A stretch of 63,748 nucleotides of DNA, the filler included, from Octopus bimaculoides (taxonomy: Eukaryota), in the NCBI RefSeq assembly GCF_001194135.2. It is 6 parts of 6 records of this genome, joined end to end, with 100 filler letters (N's around TTAATTAATTAA, not from the genome) between each part and the next. Parts side by side here need not be neighbours in the genome. Positions count along the whole stretch, not along the records: positions 10,046 to 39,094 come from NC_068987.1; 5 more parts are not named here. One strand, given 5' to 3'. Shown piece after piece: positions 11,996 to 25,200 of the stretch; position 1 is the first letter of the stretch, and each line of letters begins with the position of its first letter. Below the pieces are notes generated by a model. That model worked only from the letters and a program-made list of their open reading frames with translations. It was not told where the DNA came from and did not search any database. The position numbers and the translations under genes were made by a program.

Positions 11996-12612
11996 TGAGT
12001 CACTTATCGTAATTGATTACTCATAGCTTTCAGAAAAATGCGCCTTTTTTTAATGATGAGACCATTTCGGTGGGGCACATTTCTGTAATTACATCCCGAA
12101 TTTACTGAGTACTATTAAGCAATTAAGATTCAATAGAAAATTGGACGTGACATATCAGATTTGGGGATCAGATGTGTAAATGTAATTTATCTCCTGGTAA
12201 AAAAAACATTCGGGGAGGGGGTCTTTCTGTCAGTGTATATGATATATACATCATTACTCTCTGAAACTGCTATTAATAATTTCCTCATTGATTCCTAGTG
12301 AATCCTAATAATATAATAATAATATATATNNNNNNNNNNNNNNNNNNNNNNNNNNNNNNNNNNNNNNNNNNNNNNNNNNNNNNNNNNNNNNNNNNNNNNN
12401 NNNNNNNNNNNNNNNNNNNNNNNNNNNNNNNNNNNNNNNNNNNNNNNNNNNNNNNNNNNNNNNNNNNNNNNNNNNNNNNNNNNNNNNNNNNNNNNNNNNN
12501 NNNNNNNNNNNNNNNNNNNNNNNNNNNNNNNNNNNNNNNNNNNNNNNNNNNNNNNNNNNNNNNNNNNNNNNNNNNNNNNNNNNNNNNNNNNNNNNNNNNN
12601 NNNNNNNNNNNN

Positions 12613-12652
<40 letters not shown>

Positions 12653-12706
12653 GCACAAACGGAAATCAGACTCAAAAAGTCGCAAAATCCTCATCAATCG
12701 GCCAAA

Positions 12707-13562
12707 GGATCAACGCAATTTCGTGCCTTCGGTCGAAAATATTGATCTCCTCTGGTGGTGCCAGCAGCGAGAAGCCGCGGGGAAACAGCGGGCCAACGAA
12801 CAAGGGACTAAACATAACAGAAATTGAGCAAACAAACAAGAAATAAATATGCAAATATGATATAAATGAGCATATAGGAAAGAAATAATTGTCATTAGTG
12901 TACGGATGAGGGACAGAGACGAAAAGAAAGAAAACTAAATGTGGTCATACGAACAAGATGAAATGCATAAACAGAATAAGGCCTTAGAACCAGGCAAGAG
13001 ACAAAAAAAATATGGTTAACACCAGGAGGATATCTTAAAGTATCAAAAACAGGACAACAGAGAGACAGTGCAGCGTGTTGAAAGTGGAAGACAAGAGAGA
13101 TACAACCAGTCACTTCGGCAGTCGGCACGAGAAAGGAAAAGTGGATAGGAGAGGTGATGACCACGGATTAGATGTTAGTAGTAGGAGTGAGAAGAGTGGT
13201 TAAGGGGAGAGGGAAACACAGAGAGCAAAGAGGGAGCGGAGAGAGAAGGCAAAAGACAGAACCATACAGCAGCATCGAAGATAGGTCGAGAAGAAAGAGG
13301 AGAAAGAGGGAAATAGAAAGGGAGGAAAGAGAGGGTGAAAGAGAGTGAGAGGAACAGAAACAACAGGAGCAGACGTACGAACATATAAAAACACTATAAA
13401 TGACAGCACGCGGTGTTCCATTAAATAATAAGTTTAAAGAACATATAAATACACAAACAGTAAACAAACACCGAACGTCAATCATCGCAATTTCACATTT
13501 TCAAACTACAATCTTAATCCTCTTTGGTGGCGCCAGCAGTGAGAAGCCACTGGAAAATAGTG
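12707..13562. repeat. Pair of ~85-bp diverged direct repeats around a purine-rich interior
   Basis: 12707-12791 and 13479-13562 share CGCAATTTC...CTCT(T)GGTGG(T/C)GCCAGCAG(C/T)GAGAAGCC...GGAAA(C/T)AG. Confidence 0.75.
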
Positions 13563-13597
13563 AGACATATATACATATATATGTACAGAGGGAGAGC

Positions 13598-13629
<32 letters not shown>

Positions 13630-14768
13630 AAGAGAGAAAGAGAGAAAGAGAGAGAGAGAATGAGAGAGAGAGAGATAGAAAAAGAGAGAGAGAGAACCCC
13701 CCCCNNNNNNNNNNNNNNNNNNNNNNNNNNNNNNNNNNNNNNNNNNNNNNNNNNNNNNNNNNNNNNNNNNNNNNNNNNNNNNNNTATATATGTATATGTG
13801 TGTTTGTGAAGGCTATAACGTCTTGATATTTTCATTTATTTAAGATTAAGTTTTTTTTTTCCGTTAATTTCTAATAATTAGAACTAATTTGAAGATATTA
13901 TATATGTATACATCTGATATATAATTAGCGTAGCAAATAATTACAACAATAACTGAATCGTTAAAATATGAACTAAAACATTAAGAACGAAGCGAAAGGC
14001 AAGTATATCCACTACATTAAAATATTTATATCTAACTCCATGTTACTACATACACATTTGCACGTGGCTGATTGTATGCTGAAACAAAATGTGGGTTTCA
14101 ATATTTAATATTATTCATATACCATAAGAAAAGAGCAATGAAACAAATAAAGCTAAATCTTAGGTCTAGAATGAGACAAACTGAAAGAAATAATAATCTG
14201 TAATTAAAACTTTAGTTAAATCCTGATTCTAACACGAATTCAAAGAATAGGAAGTATAATAATATTAACTCCAATCAAAACAAAAATAATTATTTATTCT
14301 TTCTTCGTTTCTTCCTGTTTTGATAAAATTCATTATTGTAATAATTAAAAAAAAAACAAAAAAAAACATTCATTGCAATAATTTGTAGCATGATATATTG
14401 TAATATTTTATTCGTACATCTTTAATGGAATTCCTGTAAATGTATTTTTCAATCTTGAATGGCAGACTTAAGGGATTTGTTTTGTGGTGAAAGTAATTCC
14501 TACAACGCTCGAATTGATAATGGAAGAAAATTTCTGTAACCCTATTGCAGTTGCTTTGATTATTATCAAGCAAAGGATAACGAAAAAAAAGACTTAATAT
14601 GAATTAATGAATTCATTGATTTTCGACATGAATTGAGCACCCAGAACATACAGAATTAGTTCCCACCTGTCATTTTTATTTTCTGTAGATTTGTGTCCAA
14701 TATTATTGATATGAACACATATTTTGAATGTTCGCTTATACTATTTAGACACATTTACGCAATCATAG

Positions 14769-14869
<101 letters not shown>

Positions 14870-15764
14870 TACACACACACACACACACACTCACAGCCAC
14901 ACACGACCATACATACATACATACGTGTGTGTGTGTGTGTGTGTGTTTGTGTGTTATATACACAAATAATTCTGGGTATACAAAAGATGAATTCGTACTC
15001 CTTTACGGGGATTACATTCTACACTAATTTGGCACTGAGCAACTTCTGCATAACCTTGCAAAATCACACAAAGAGGTTACAATCATTGTTAAATATAAAT
15101 TAATACGTCTTGCAAACCATCGTTAGTGCAAATTATTAGAAATGTTTAAAATATATATGCATGATGCAAAAGCAATTCAGGAACAAATCCATATCAATAA
15201 GGTTTAAATTTAACCATTTTAACACATGAGTATTTTATCCATTATTTCCGAAACACTTTCACTGCACTAGCTGTCGACGAGATTTTGACTGTGATCAGTG
15301 ACATAACCAGATCATTTTGTGTTAAAATCATTGTAACACTTTCACTCAGTTCAATTCCTTCTCTGGGGTTGAGATATCTTGATTATCCTACTAAATGTGC
15401 ATCCTTATGTTAAGAAGAAAGAACTGAATGTCAAGCGAGTTGTTGAGCCTTTTCATTGAGTCTTTCGTGATGCTCAGTAAAATAAATATAAGAACCACAA
15501 AGAAATGTAGTCAGGAAAACCAAGCGTCAGTATAATCGAAGTTTATAGAGTATAGCTATAATTGTAGTCAAGTAGCTACATTAACTCTGAACGGATCCAA
15601 TTTTTAGAAACTTCTTAAGAAAAAAAAACTATTCTTTACGGAATATTCTTTTCCACAACTTCTCACTCGGATCACGGCAAAAACATCTCCGCCTGTTTCA
15701 AACGGAGTAGGCCACAAACCATGATAATGTTTCTGATCTGATAATAATATTTTCTGAAATTATT

Positions 15765-16146
15765 CTTTTCTACTCCAGGTACAGGACCCGAAATTTATCG
15801 ACCCGGAAAAGATCAAAGGCAAAGTAGATCTCGACGGAATTTGAACTCAAAATATAAAGACAAACGAAATGCCGCTAAGCTTTTCGCCCGGCGTGCTAAC
15901 GTTTCTGCCAGCTCACCGTCTTTAAAGAATAATTCAGATATTCTTTTCTACGCTTGGCACAAGGCACGAAATTTTTAGGGAGGGAGCCATTCAAGTAGAT
16001 CGACCCCACTATGCAACTCGTACTCAGTTTATCGATCCCAAAAGGATGAAAGACACAGTAGATCTCTGCGGGATTTGAACTCAGAGCGAAAAGTCAGACG
16101 AAATACCGCTACGCATTCCGCTAACGTTTCCGCCAGCTCACCGCCT
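15765..16146 (-). mobile_element. Two tandem family A SINEs (15765-15922, 15942-16146)
   Basis: Both end (+ strand) in CTAACGTTTC(T/C)GCCAGCTCACCG, with GAATTTGAACTC B box complement; CpGs retained. Confidence 0.85.
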
Positions 16147-16399
16147 TAATTTCCTGACAATATCACCATCAGACTATGTGTTGCAGAGCTACTATATGTC
16201 TTCAACTAATAAATTCAGATAAGTATCTTATTTTATAGAAACAGACGACATCGTATTCGACGCCTATAGAGCGAAACCTAATTGTTATTGCCAAATATAA
16301 TCTTATAGCGTTCACTTTCAACGTCACAACGGTGATCCAGACAGCAATTACAAATTATATTTCTTCAATGAAAGGAAACACATTCACCTGCTAATTACC

Positions 16400-16800
16400 T
16401 TGTGTGACTTTTGTAACTTCAAAATTACAAGCAGCCTCCTATCGTCTTGCTCTCCAGAAATTTGTTTGAAGCTGTGACTTTGCTCTCGACTCCACAAAAG
16501 ATAGCTACTGTGTCTAGCACGCGAATTGCCTGGCAACATTTCCCACCCTTACAGTCTAATCTATTACTCAGTCAGTGGCTTGTGGCTTAATGATTCAGTC
16601 GTGATGTGTACTAATGTACCATTTTCTGACATCATCTGTGAGCTTTACTTTCCGCTGTGTTCTCTCCACTCTTCTTACCGTATATCAAAGACCTCCAAGA
16701 AGACCCAGTCTTAGCCAGACTATAAAACCTGTCACGTCTTATTAATCTTTTGCGCTTTAGCATCGATCACATGCAATCAAGACAGATCAAATCTGTGTAG
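16400..16800 (+). mobile_element. L2/CR1-group LINE reverse transcriptase relic
   Basis: Reads ALDSTKDSYCV*HAN (cf. ALDISKAFDRVWH) and VFSPLFLPYIKDL (cf. GSVLSPxLFxxYINDL). Confidence 0.5.
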
Positions 16801-17199
16801 AGTCTATAACAGAAACATCTCGAAAACATTGTTCATTGGGGGTGGTAACTCTCTCTCTCTTTCTCTCTTTCTTTCTTTCTTTCTTTCCTTCTTTCTTTCT
16901 CTCTCTCTCTATCAATAACATAAACGCGCAATGATTATGTATATTTCAAGATAATAACTCAAACCTGGAATGTCCACAGTGCTATAAATGCTAGAAATCA
17001 ATTAGAAACTCTCCTAAACATAGCAATGATAGATTGGCCTTCATTTCTACAAACATATATTACGTCATCCCCAATAACTAACCCTATACAAAACTCAAAT
17101 GCATCTACAGAGGTATCACTGTTCCAATATAGACACAAATTCAGACAACGTGAAAAGGAATACGACTGACTCGTATGAAGCCTCTCACTTTTCAAACTA

Positions 17200-17950
17200 T
17201 GGCTCACGGATTTTATGTGTGTACTTTCTCACTTTTCTATGAATATTACTGTTGCCTCTGCTTCCCCAAAAACTGGCTGCATTCGCTGAGCTGACACCGA
17301 ACTCATATAAAATTTCTCTTGGTATTCCGATCCCTGCAATATTCACTATTCTTTCTTATAAAGTATGTGGCACTCAGTAATTTCTTTCTTGCTCATACTA
17401 TTTCAGCTGTCGACTCCAAACCGTTCGAGAAGAAAGTTTACTTTTCAATCTCACCGACCTAAGTGCGACGTATAAAGGCTTTTGGCATATTCTTTACCAT
17501 AAACTCAAAGAAATAAAAGAACAAGGATATAATACAACGTTTCATAAGATCTAGGATTTAAAAGAAAATTTCTGCAGTCACTATACTACTGGTGAAGTTT
17601 CTCATCTCTCCGCCTACTCGCTACTCTAACACTTCTACGATGGTTTCTGCTGATCTGATCTGAATTAGCTAGTCTCGGCCAAAACCAAATATGTGCAACC
17701 AAAACAATTGCATAACCTATTAATTTATACATAGTCTCTCACCGATACTTCACGCATTATCCACCATTCAAAAATCTATCCGCCCGGGAGTAAAATTCTC
17801 TTCCTCTACATATAATATGTATATGCCGATTTACAGATTCCAAAACTGAAAGAAATCTTTTCAGTTCCACTGGCCTTTGTAGACCCACGTATATCATGGA
17901 CACAAATCCTTTTCTCGACTAAGAAACTGCCTCCATAAAAAGATAAAAAC
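17200..17950 (+). mobile_element. Second L2/CR1-group RT relic, highly decayed
   Basis: Fragments SAVDSKPFEK and DLSATYKGFWHILYHKLKE resemble RT subdomains 2-3. Confidence 0.4.
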
Positions 17951-18296
17951 GAAAACAAAAAATGTAATATCAATAATTTTCACTAAAATGAATAGTCGTA
18001 AGTAAAGAAGATATGTGATTTTTATTTATTTCCATTCTTCATCATCATAAAATTTCTTAGAAGCAGTTGAATGAAACCACTTGATAGCTTGGATTTTTGT
18101 TAATAATGATTGTTGCTTAATACATACTTCTATCGGTTTGCATTCTGAAAAGCATCGGCAACTACTATTATGGCAATGTAGTAGTAAATAATTATGCGCC
18201 ACGTCTTTGTTTCAGTCAGCTGATGACTATCTTATTAAAATGTTTTAAAGCAACAGCATATGATCAGCTGCGTTTAATATAAAGCATATATATATA

Positions 18297-18543
18297 CGAG
18301 TGGGTGCTGACAATTTCCTGGCTTTGAGTACAAGAAAATACAGGAAAATCAGTTAAATATTATTTTATTCAACATATTCCTCTCTCAGATTCACACTTAT
18401 TGCAGCGATCCTTCAGTTTTTCTAAGCCCAGCTAGGCACTCCTTCAATTTGTCTGAACCCGGCCAGGCGGTCAATCAGTTTTTCTAAACCCAGCCAGGCC
18501 TTTCGTGATATTATTTAAACCAAAACATTTGCAGCACCTCTCC
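18297..18543. mobile_element. Tc1/mariner-derived MITE flanked by TA
   Basis: TA-CGAGTGGGTGCTGACAATTTCCTGG versus inverted TA-GGAGAGGTGCTGCAAATGTTTTGG; internal 3x31-bp tandem repeat. Confidence 0.7.
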
Positions 18544-18770
18544 TACGAACATAATTACATACATACCTACAAACTTACATACAGACATACATATATATAA
18601 GTGTGTATGTGTGTCTGTATTGGGTCATCTCATAATAAATAATGCGTTTATTTTCTACTTTATTTTTCAAAATTAAGATAAACAAACATTTTTCTTTTCA
18701 TCTAAATCTTTCATATCCCACCAAATAGATAACAACACCTTACGTATGTGAAGGCCTTAATTAGCCTGGG

Positions 18771-18873
18771 GTACCCTTTTGAAGCCTACCCAGACTCATG
18801 GGCCCGTTTTCCCGGTTTGTGTGGCATATGTGTTGCCCTCAGCTGGACGGGACGTCAGTCCATCGCAGCGGAG
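18771..18873 (-). mobile_element. 3' half of family B SINE fused to LINE end
   Basis: Matches 1214-1305; GCTGCGATGGACTGACGTCCCGTCCAGCTG core. Confidence 0.8.
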
Positions 18874-18879
18874 ACACTC

Positions 18880-20190
18880 ATTCTCAACTCTCACGCCGCA
18901 TCCTTCCATCGTTTTCCATATACATCACGCGACGGGCACCTCTTCAGCCTTAGTTTTCTTTTAAGATGGAACATAGAAAAGCTCACTACAGCGAGACCGA
19001 AGATGAAGGTGCCTGTCGCTACTCCTTTCATTCTCGTCTTCCAAACCACCTCTTTTGCTATAGCAACTACAGCTAGAAAACAAACTTTCCTTCTCGATTA
19101 AAGGAAGAAGGTTGAACTATAATAATGATTAACTCGGAGGATAGTTGTACTCCTCCTAGGCATGACAGCAGCTGTTCGGTGAAACCCTCAGTTCCGATAT
19201 TTTCAGACACTGCACAATCGCTTACAGAACGGTTTCGTCGTTCTGCTCGCACCTTGGGCACCATGTCTTGCGAGTTTATCACGAACTGGTAAACCCCCTC
19301 GGTAACATTGCTATGCCAGAGACTTTTGGAAATTATCCAAAGGCCCCTGCCAGAATGTCCTTCGGCACAGGCTGGCGAGTTGAGTATCGTCGAGGCCCAA
19401 AATCTCCCCGGGATGTCGTCGCACTTGCCCTCTACCAACCCTCTATAAAAGAACGCGTTGGAACCCCCGCCGCTGGCATTACCCGTGTGAGAGAGGAGCA
19501 CGAGAGCCTGATGGTATTAGGGTTGCCATTCTCCCAAACTTGGTCTTCGCTTGATCCACGGTTCCAATTCACCGAAACTAGTAAACCTGGTAAGCATCAG
19601 TTTAACGAACGGACACCACACCTGTTCAACACCAAGGTAGAGCCACATATGCTACCGCCTAACCGCATGTCTGCGCATCAACAGCCAAAACATCCCTATT
19701 CCTCCCTTTAGCGGGTGTTGGCAGCAGATAGAGCACCTTGCAAGCGGACCTTTACCCTTCCACAAAAAGCAGAAGACCAAGCGCTCCAGCTTGCTTAGTC
19801 AAAACGCGTGACAAGGCACGACGGTTAGGCGGTAGGTGATCACAAATGCGATAAACACATTTGCGACCTCCACCATCTCTTTCACGAATAGCCACCGCTC
19901 GGACCAGGTCAGAGTTAGGAGGGTCACCCTGCTCGCCACCTCGCTCCAATCTGGTGGTCCGGTCCAAAACCAGACCCCTACCATTTTAAGCAGTCCCACC
20001 GTCCAACGTCCAACGACGCTTTTGAGTGGCATCGACTTGCACCTGTAGGTGCCGAGTTGCAAGCCGACTGATTTATCCCGGTTAAATTTTGCTCCTGCCG
20101 CCGCCTCGTGATCCTTAATAGCCGCACCTACTCTCTGTAGGTGGTCCACATCGGATACGATGATGGTAACGTTGTCAGTATACGCCGGAA
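18880..20190 (-). mobile_element. 5'-truncated L1/Tx1-clade LINE (RT C-terminal part plus zf-RVT-like region), frameshifted
   Basis: AYTDNVTIIVSDVDHLQRVGAAIKDHEAAAGAKFNRDKSVGLQLG (degenerate YADD); downstream region homologous to 63290-63748. Confidence 0.85.
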
Positions 20191-21724
20191 TTCGGGAAAC
20201 GAATAGCTGGCTAGTAAATTTGGGTGTCTATTATACTCAATGAGTCAATGTTTTGCACGTGAATCATGCTTTTCGTAAAGATGCTTTCGCGAGCATTACC
20301 ATGTTTATGAAAAGTGAGCGAGTTCGAACCCTACATTTTCAAAATTGAGTAGTGTTGTGGGTCAGTGAAAACTTCTTGATGTGAAATTACCTAGAACTGT
20401 GATGAAATGCATATAATCTCAATATCATGTGTGAACAAATAATCTTTTACGGTGCAACGTTTCTTTTGTATTTCAGTGTATTAGTGCGTGCGTAACTAAA
20501 TGTGCATAGTATAAAGCCAAACGTTTAGTAGAATACCAAACGGCTAGTGGCAAACGTATTGTACATAACTCAAAACTTCTGCGAAATGCTCAATCTATTT
20601 AGAAAGTATCACTCGTGTTTAGCATAGCATTATAAGTGTCTAGATATGTTTTTCCAGCATTATATGTGTTTAGCTGGACATAAAACTAAATTTATTTATG
20701 TTTAAGACTTTCGCTTGCCAGGTGTGTGAAATTGGCGTCACATCAAATTGCTGCTAGTTGGGTAAGTGCTATCCAAATCCGTGTGATTAGAAATTGACTG
20801 GCGGAAAGGGAGTTCATCCTTGAAACAGTACCCGTTTTTTTTATGGTTGCTTTAAATCTGTTCACTGTTTTGAGATTTAATGGAGTTGTTTCTGTTAAGA
20901 GATTTTGAACTAAGTTTTTTGGTTGAAAAACACTGCTCTCTAACACCACAGACTCGGAGACTCTCAAAGTGCATTGCTTAAAAATAAAAATTGCTCTTAT
21001 GATTAAGCAAATAGAAATGATACGCGATTTATTTCTTCAGTGTGATTATTCAGCTTATTGAAAATGTTATTCTTCAGCTTACTCAGCTAATTTCCTATGT
21101 TGTATGCTTTTGTATTCATTAAATTTGATGTGTAATGCATTATATAGTGAAAATAAAGTAGACTATCTATTTTTAACATGACGTTTACTTATTCACAAAG
21201 AATAAATACGCTAACATTAGTAAGGGCCATGAACTGAGAAAAGTGGCATTAATAACGGCGCCTATTCTCACAAACAAAATTAACGAAGTATACATGAATT
21301 TAAAGCACAAAATAGAAGCTTTATTCTTACGTAAATAGAGAAAGGTAAGAAATCAGCAGATGAATAGTTTCAAATTATACATAAGTTTCCAAGTTAAAAT
21401 GTTTGATACCATTCATTAATATATTTTTCATAGTGTCATTAATATATTTTTCATAGTGTCCAAACGAACATTAGGTGAAATTTTTTCAGATTTATTTTCA
21501 TTTAAAATCTAATCAGACTAGAATAATGTTTTGGTGCCTATATAAGTTTTGCATATAAGTATTATCCTTCCTATATGAATATATATCAAAAGTTTCACGC
21601 ATTTTCAAGTTTACAAAACGGTGTTTTGTTGACAATCAACCAAATATATGTTCATATCACTTACTCTCTTTCTCTGTCACACTTTCTCGCGGTCTCACTC
21701 TTTCATTCTTTCTACCTTTCTCTT

Positions 21725-21773
<49 letters not shown>

Positions 21774-21871
21774 GTGTGTGTGTGTGTGTGTGTGTGTGCG
21801 TGCTTATTTAAATGTGAATGTGTGTGACGTGCGTGTGTGTGTTTCTATATATATAAATAAGATTATAATTC

Positions 21872-22010
21872 TTTCTAATTTTGGTAATAGGCCAGTAATT
21901 TTTAAGAAGAAGCAGCTCCTTGACATTAACACCAGTATTTAACTGGTACACATTTTATCGACTCCGCAAGAATGGAAGGTGAAGTAGAACTCGGCGGGAT
22001 TCGAAGTCAA
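21872..22010 (-). mobile_element. Family A SINE fragment
   Basis: CTGGTACACATTTTATCGACTCCG...AACTCGGCGGGATTCGAA homologous to other copies. Confidence 0.7.
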
Positions 22011-22087
22011 CATTTTAAGAATTTGAAGTAATTTTGAAAAGCAAAATTTCGGCTACAAAATGTTTCTTGTAGAACACTGATTAACAG

Positions 22088-22161
<74 letters not shown>

Positions 22162-22162
<1 letters not shown>

Positions 22163-22452
22163 GTGGAACGTTGAGAGGAATTTTGGGTGTTTCGTTCAAC
22201 ATCTTTAAATAACCCTTATTCAGGGACATTTTGAGCAGGATGGACCACTCGACCAGAAGAAAAATCTATCAGTGTTCAACCTGCAAGTTCATGCGCTGTT
22301 TATCATGGTATGAGATCACCAAGTCATGGACATACGGCTGTGATGTATATGCCTAGTGTACACTTATCAGGAATGTAGCCATGATGGGTATATTGAGCTT
22401 CGTATATTTGTACTGCAGTGTCACTTTAGTGGCATGCGATGCTCTTTCACCC
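22162..22452 (+). mobile_element. ~290-bp interspersed-repeat-like segment bounded by (TAA)n on both sides; candidate Dong/R4 3' end or Dong-mobilised element
   Basis: (TAA)n 22088-22161 upstream and AATAATAATAAT immediately downstream; no ORF. Confidence 0.45.
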
Positions 22453-23340
22453 AATAATAATAATGATATTGCTCAATTTGCCACTGCATGATGGAAGCGA
22501 TACAAAGACAAAGTGCAGGGTTTTGCGAAAATATATAATGATTTTAAAAAGATGAATTGAAATGAAATGAAATGAAATCAGACATGTAAAAAATACATGA
22601 TGAAATCATTGCAAAAAGGAAGGTAGCTAGAGCCATTGAAATTGTACCAACATCCAATATCTACCTGAAAAGGAAAGGAAAGTATTCTCCAATAGTGCTC
22701 TCTGACTTACAAATATATACTTAGAATGCGACCTTTCAGTCCTGCCCTTTCCGATATTTTCTCGCACTTTTCAAGAAATTCACTGGAGGGGAGCAATTAC
22801 TTCTCGATCTAATCTTCCTTTTCAAGTCAAACTGTAAGATATTATAATGGCTCTTCCAATGAGTCGTCTTTGTACTCATACATTGCTGCCTCAGCCACTA
22901 TGTATAGCTACTAAACAGTTAAAGACTACTTTCTCTGTTCTGTTGAAGAAAAGTGACAGGGCAAAAAGTCACTGTGGATAGGTATAAATGGATCATGTAA
23001 AACTCGTCAAATTATTAGTGTACACATGCGGATACAAACAAGAAGTACCGGCCTGTGATCTACCTTGTTTACATTTATATAACGGTACTTGTGATCGTGA
23101 CTTTATAGTGTGCATTTAAGCCATACTGAATGCACAAACTAAGGGCATTTAAAAATTCTAACAAATACTTACGAAATGTCATGGTTAATCTAAAGGGGGA
23201 AAAAACATTAAATCTCTATATGAGTTACCACGCTTTACTTGTATAGCTTGTCCCTCCACGCCATGCCATGAAACAACGTTTGAAGTTCCATAAAATATTG
23301 TACGATCTGATGTAGTTTAAGCCAACATCAAACACATTTT

Positions 23341-23545
23341 TTTATTACTCTAGGTACAAGGCCCAAGATTTTGGGTGGAGAGGCCAATCGATTGGATCAA
23401 CTCCAGTACGCAAATGGTACGTAATTGATCGACTCCGAAAGGATGTAAGGTAAAGTCGACCTCAGCGGAATTTGAACTTAGAATGTAAAAACAGACGAAA
23501 TACAGCTAAGCATTTCAGGCGGCGTGCTAACGTTTATGCCATCGC
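23341..23545 (-). mobile_element. Family A SINE
   Basis: AAAGTCGACCTCAGCGGAATTTGAACTTAG...GGCGTGCTAACGTTTATGCCA. Confidence 0.85.
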
Positions 23546-24149
23546 ACATCAAGCACATTGTCAAAACACTTAAATGAAAAGCTTGAATTGTACACACGAA
23601 ACTAATGGTAAGATTGTTAATCCCAATATGGATTCTTTACACACAAAATGCGATGGTGATTACTCATTCAACTATTCTCCACTATTATATACACGCACAC
23701 AGACACATATACGAATATATATATATGGGCGCATTTTTATATGAGCGGCAGACAATGTACCCCTAGGGTTAAGTCTGGATATGTTTACAAAATTCGATCA
23801 AAAGAAAAATATTTCACCCACAAGTCTCTGGCCTTTCGACTCTGTTCGCTCTATATTATGTTGGCTTGTTTGAATCTCAACTGATAGCGTTTATCGTTAA
23901 TCACAAACAGTATGAATTCGGGAGCTGGTTTGCACACGAACCCATTATTTTAGAAATATATCAGTTCCAGTTCGTATCGTTAGGTGTACATATATATATA
24001 TACACATTTATATATGCATATATATACACATATATACATATGATACACACGCATAGACACAGATACACATATGAGCACCTACACAGTGTACATCGTTATC
24101 ATAATGATCAGGAAAAAGCTAGCTTCAAAGCATTTTAGTATAAAATTTG

Positions 24150-25200
24150 GAGATGAAATAACCTTGATCCAAACTTGATTTTACATCTAACAACAACTTT
24201 AAGGTGGTTAAATTTCAAAAGAAAGCAAGTACAAATTTTGTCAAACAGAGATAGAAATCAACTAAAATTTAGAATGGAAAAGGAAAAGAAGAACGAAAAC
24301 AACAACACACTGTTAGTAGCAATATTGGAGACACGCACAAGCGAAACAGAACTATTACTTATAAAATGAAGTAGATAACAAAACTGAACCCTAGAACGCT
24401 AACTGAATAGTGATCAACAATAACAAAAACAAAAAAGTGAATAAAAGAAAATATTAGAACGATCTAAGAATAGAATATGGTATAGACGGAAATATAAATA
24501 TGACAATAATGTAAAACCAAAAGGCGGTGAGCTGGCAGAAACGTTAGTACACCGGGCGAAACGCTTAGAGGTATTTCGTCTGTCTTTACGTTCTGAGTTC
24601 AAATTCCGCTGTGGTCGACTTTGCCTTTCATCCTTTCGGGATGGATAAATTAAGTACCAGTTGCGTAGTGGGGTCGATGTTATCGACTAGCCCCCTCCCC
24701 TAAAATTTCTGACCTTGTGCCTATTGTAGAAAAGAATGATGTAAAAGCAGATATGATACATTAAAATCGATACAAGTTCATCATCTGAATTTAGAAAAGT
24801 ACGTTTCAAAGAGAGAAATCAACGATGAAACAGCACAGAGAATAAAAAGGCTGGGTTAAGCGATAAGATATTCGTAGTAGCCTCACGATTTACGAAGGAA
24901 TGTGGATACCCTTCACATCTATTAAAGAAATAGCAGAACCTAAACAAGCATCCAGAAAAAGCATGAAACACGATAAAAGAAACCTCAATTTAAAAAAGAA
25001 ATCAATAATCAATAAGTCACAATAAACAATAACGTCATGATAGACAAATAGCATAGAAAGATAAGGAAATGTGTACTTAAAATCAAAGAACATGTAAGTG
25101 CTACACGCTAAATTCCAAATAATCACTCAGCATGATAAGCAACAATAATTCTTTGAGCTCGAATAGTTCGAATTTAGTCACAAACAGTTTTATCAAAAAC
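24150..25200 (+). mobile_element. Highly decayed Penelope-like element relic, interrupted by a SINE
   Basis: QLKFRMEKEKKNENNNTL (cf. IKFTMEKEENNxLPFLD), GYPSHLLKK (cf. NGYP) and KIKEHVSATR (cf. GIY-YIG RxKEH) occur in the expected order. Confidence 0.5.
24523..24738 (+). mobile_element. Family A SINE, full length, CpG-rich reference copy
   Basis: GGCGGTGAGCTGGCAGAAACG A-box region, GAGTTCAAATTCC B box, TTGCCTTTCATCCTTTCGGGATGGATAAATTAAGTACCAG Deu/Nin-like core. Confidence 0.9.
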
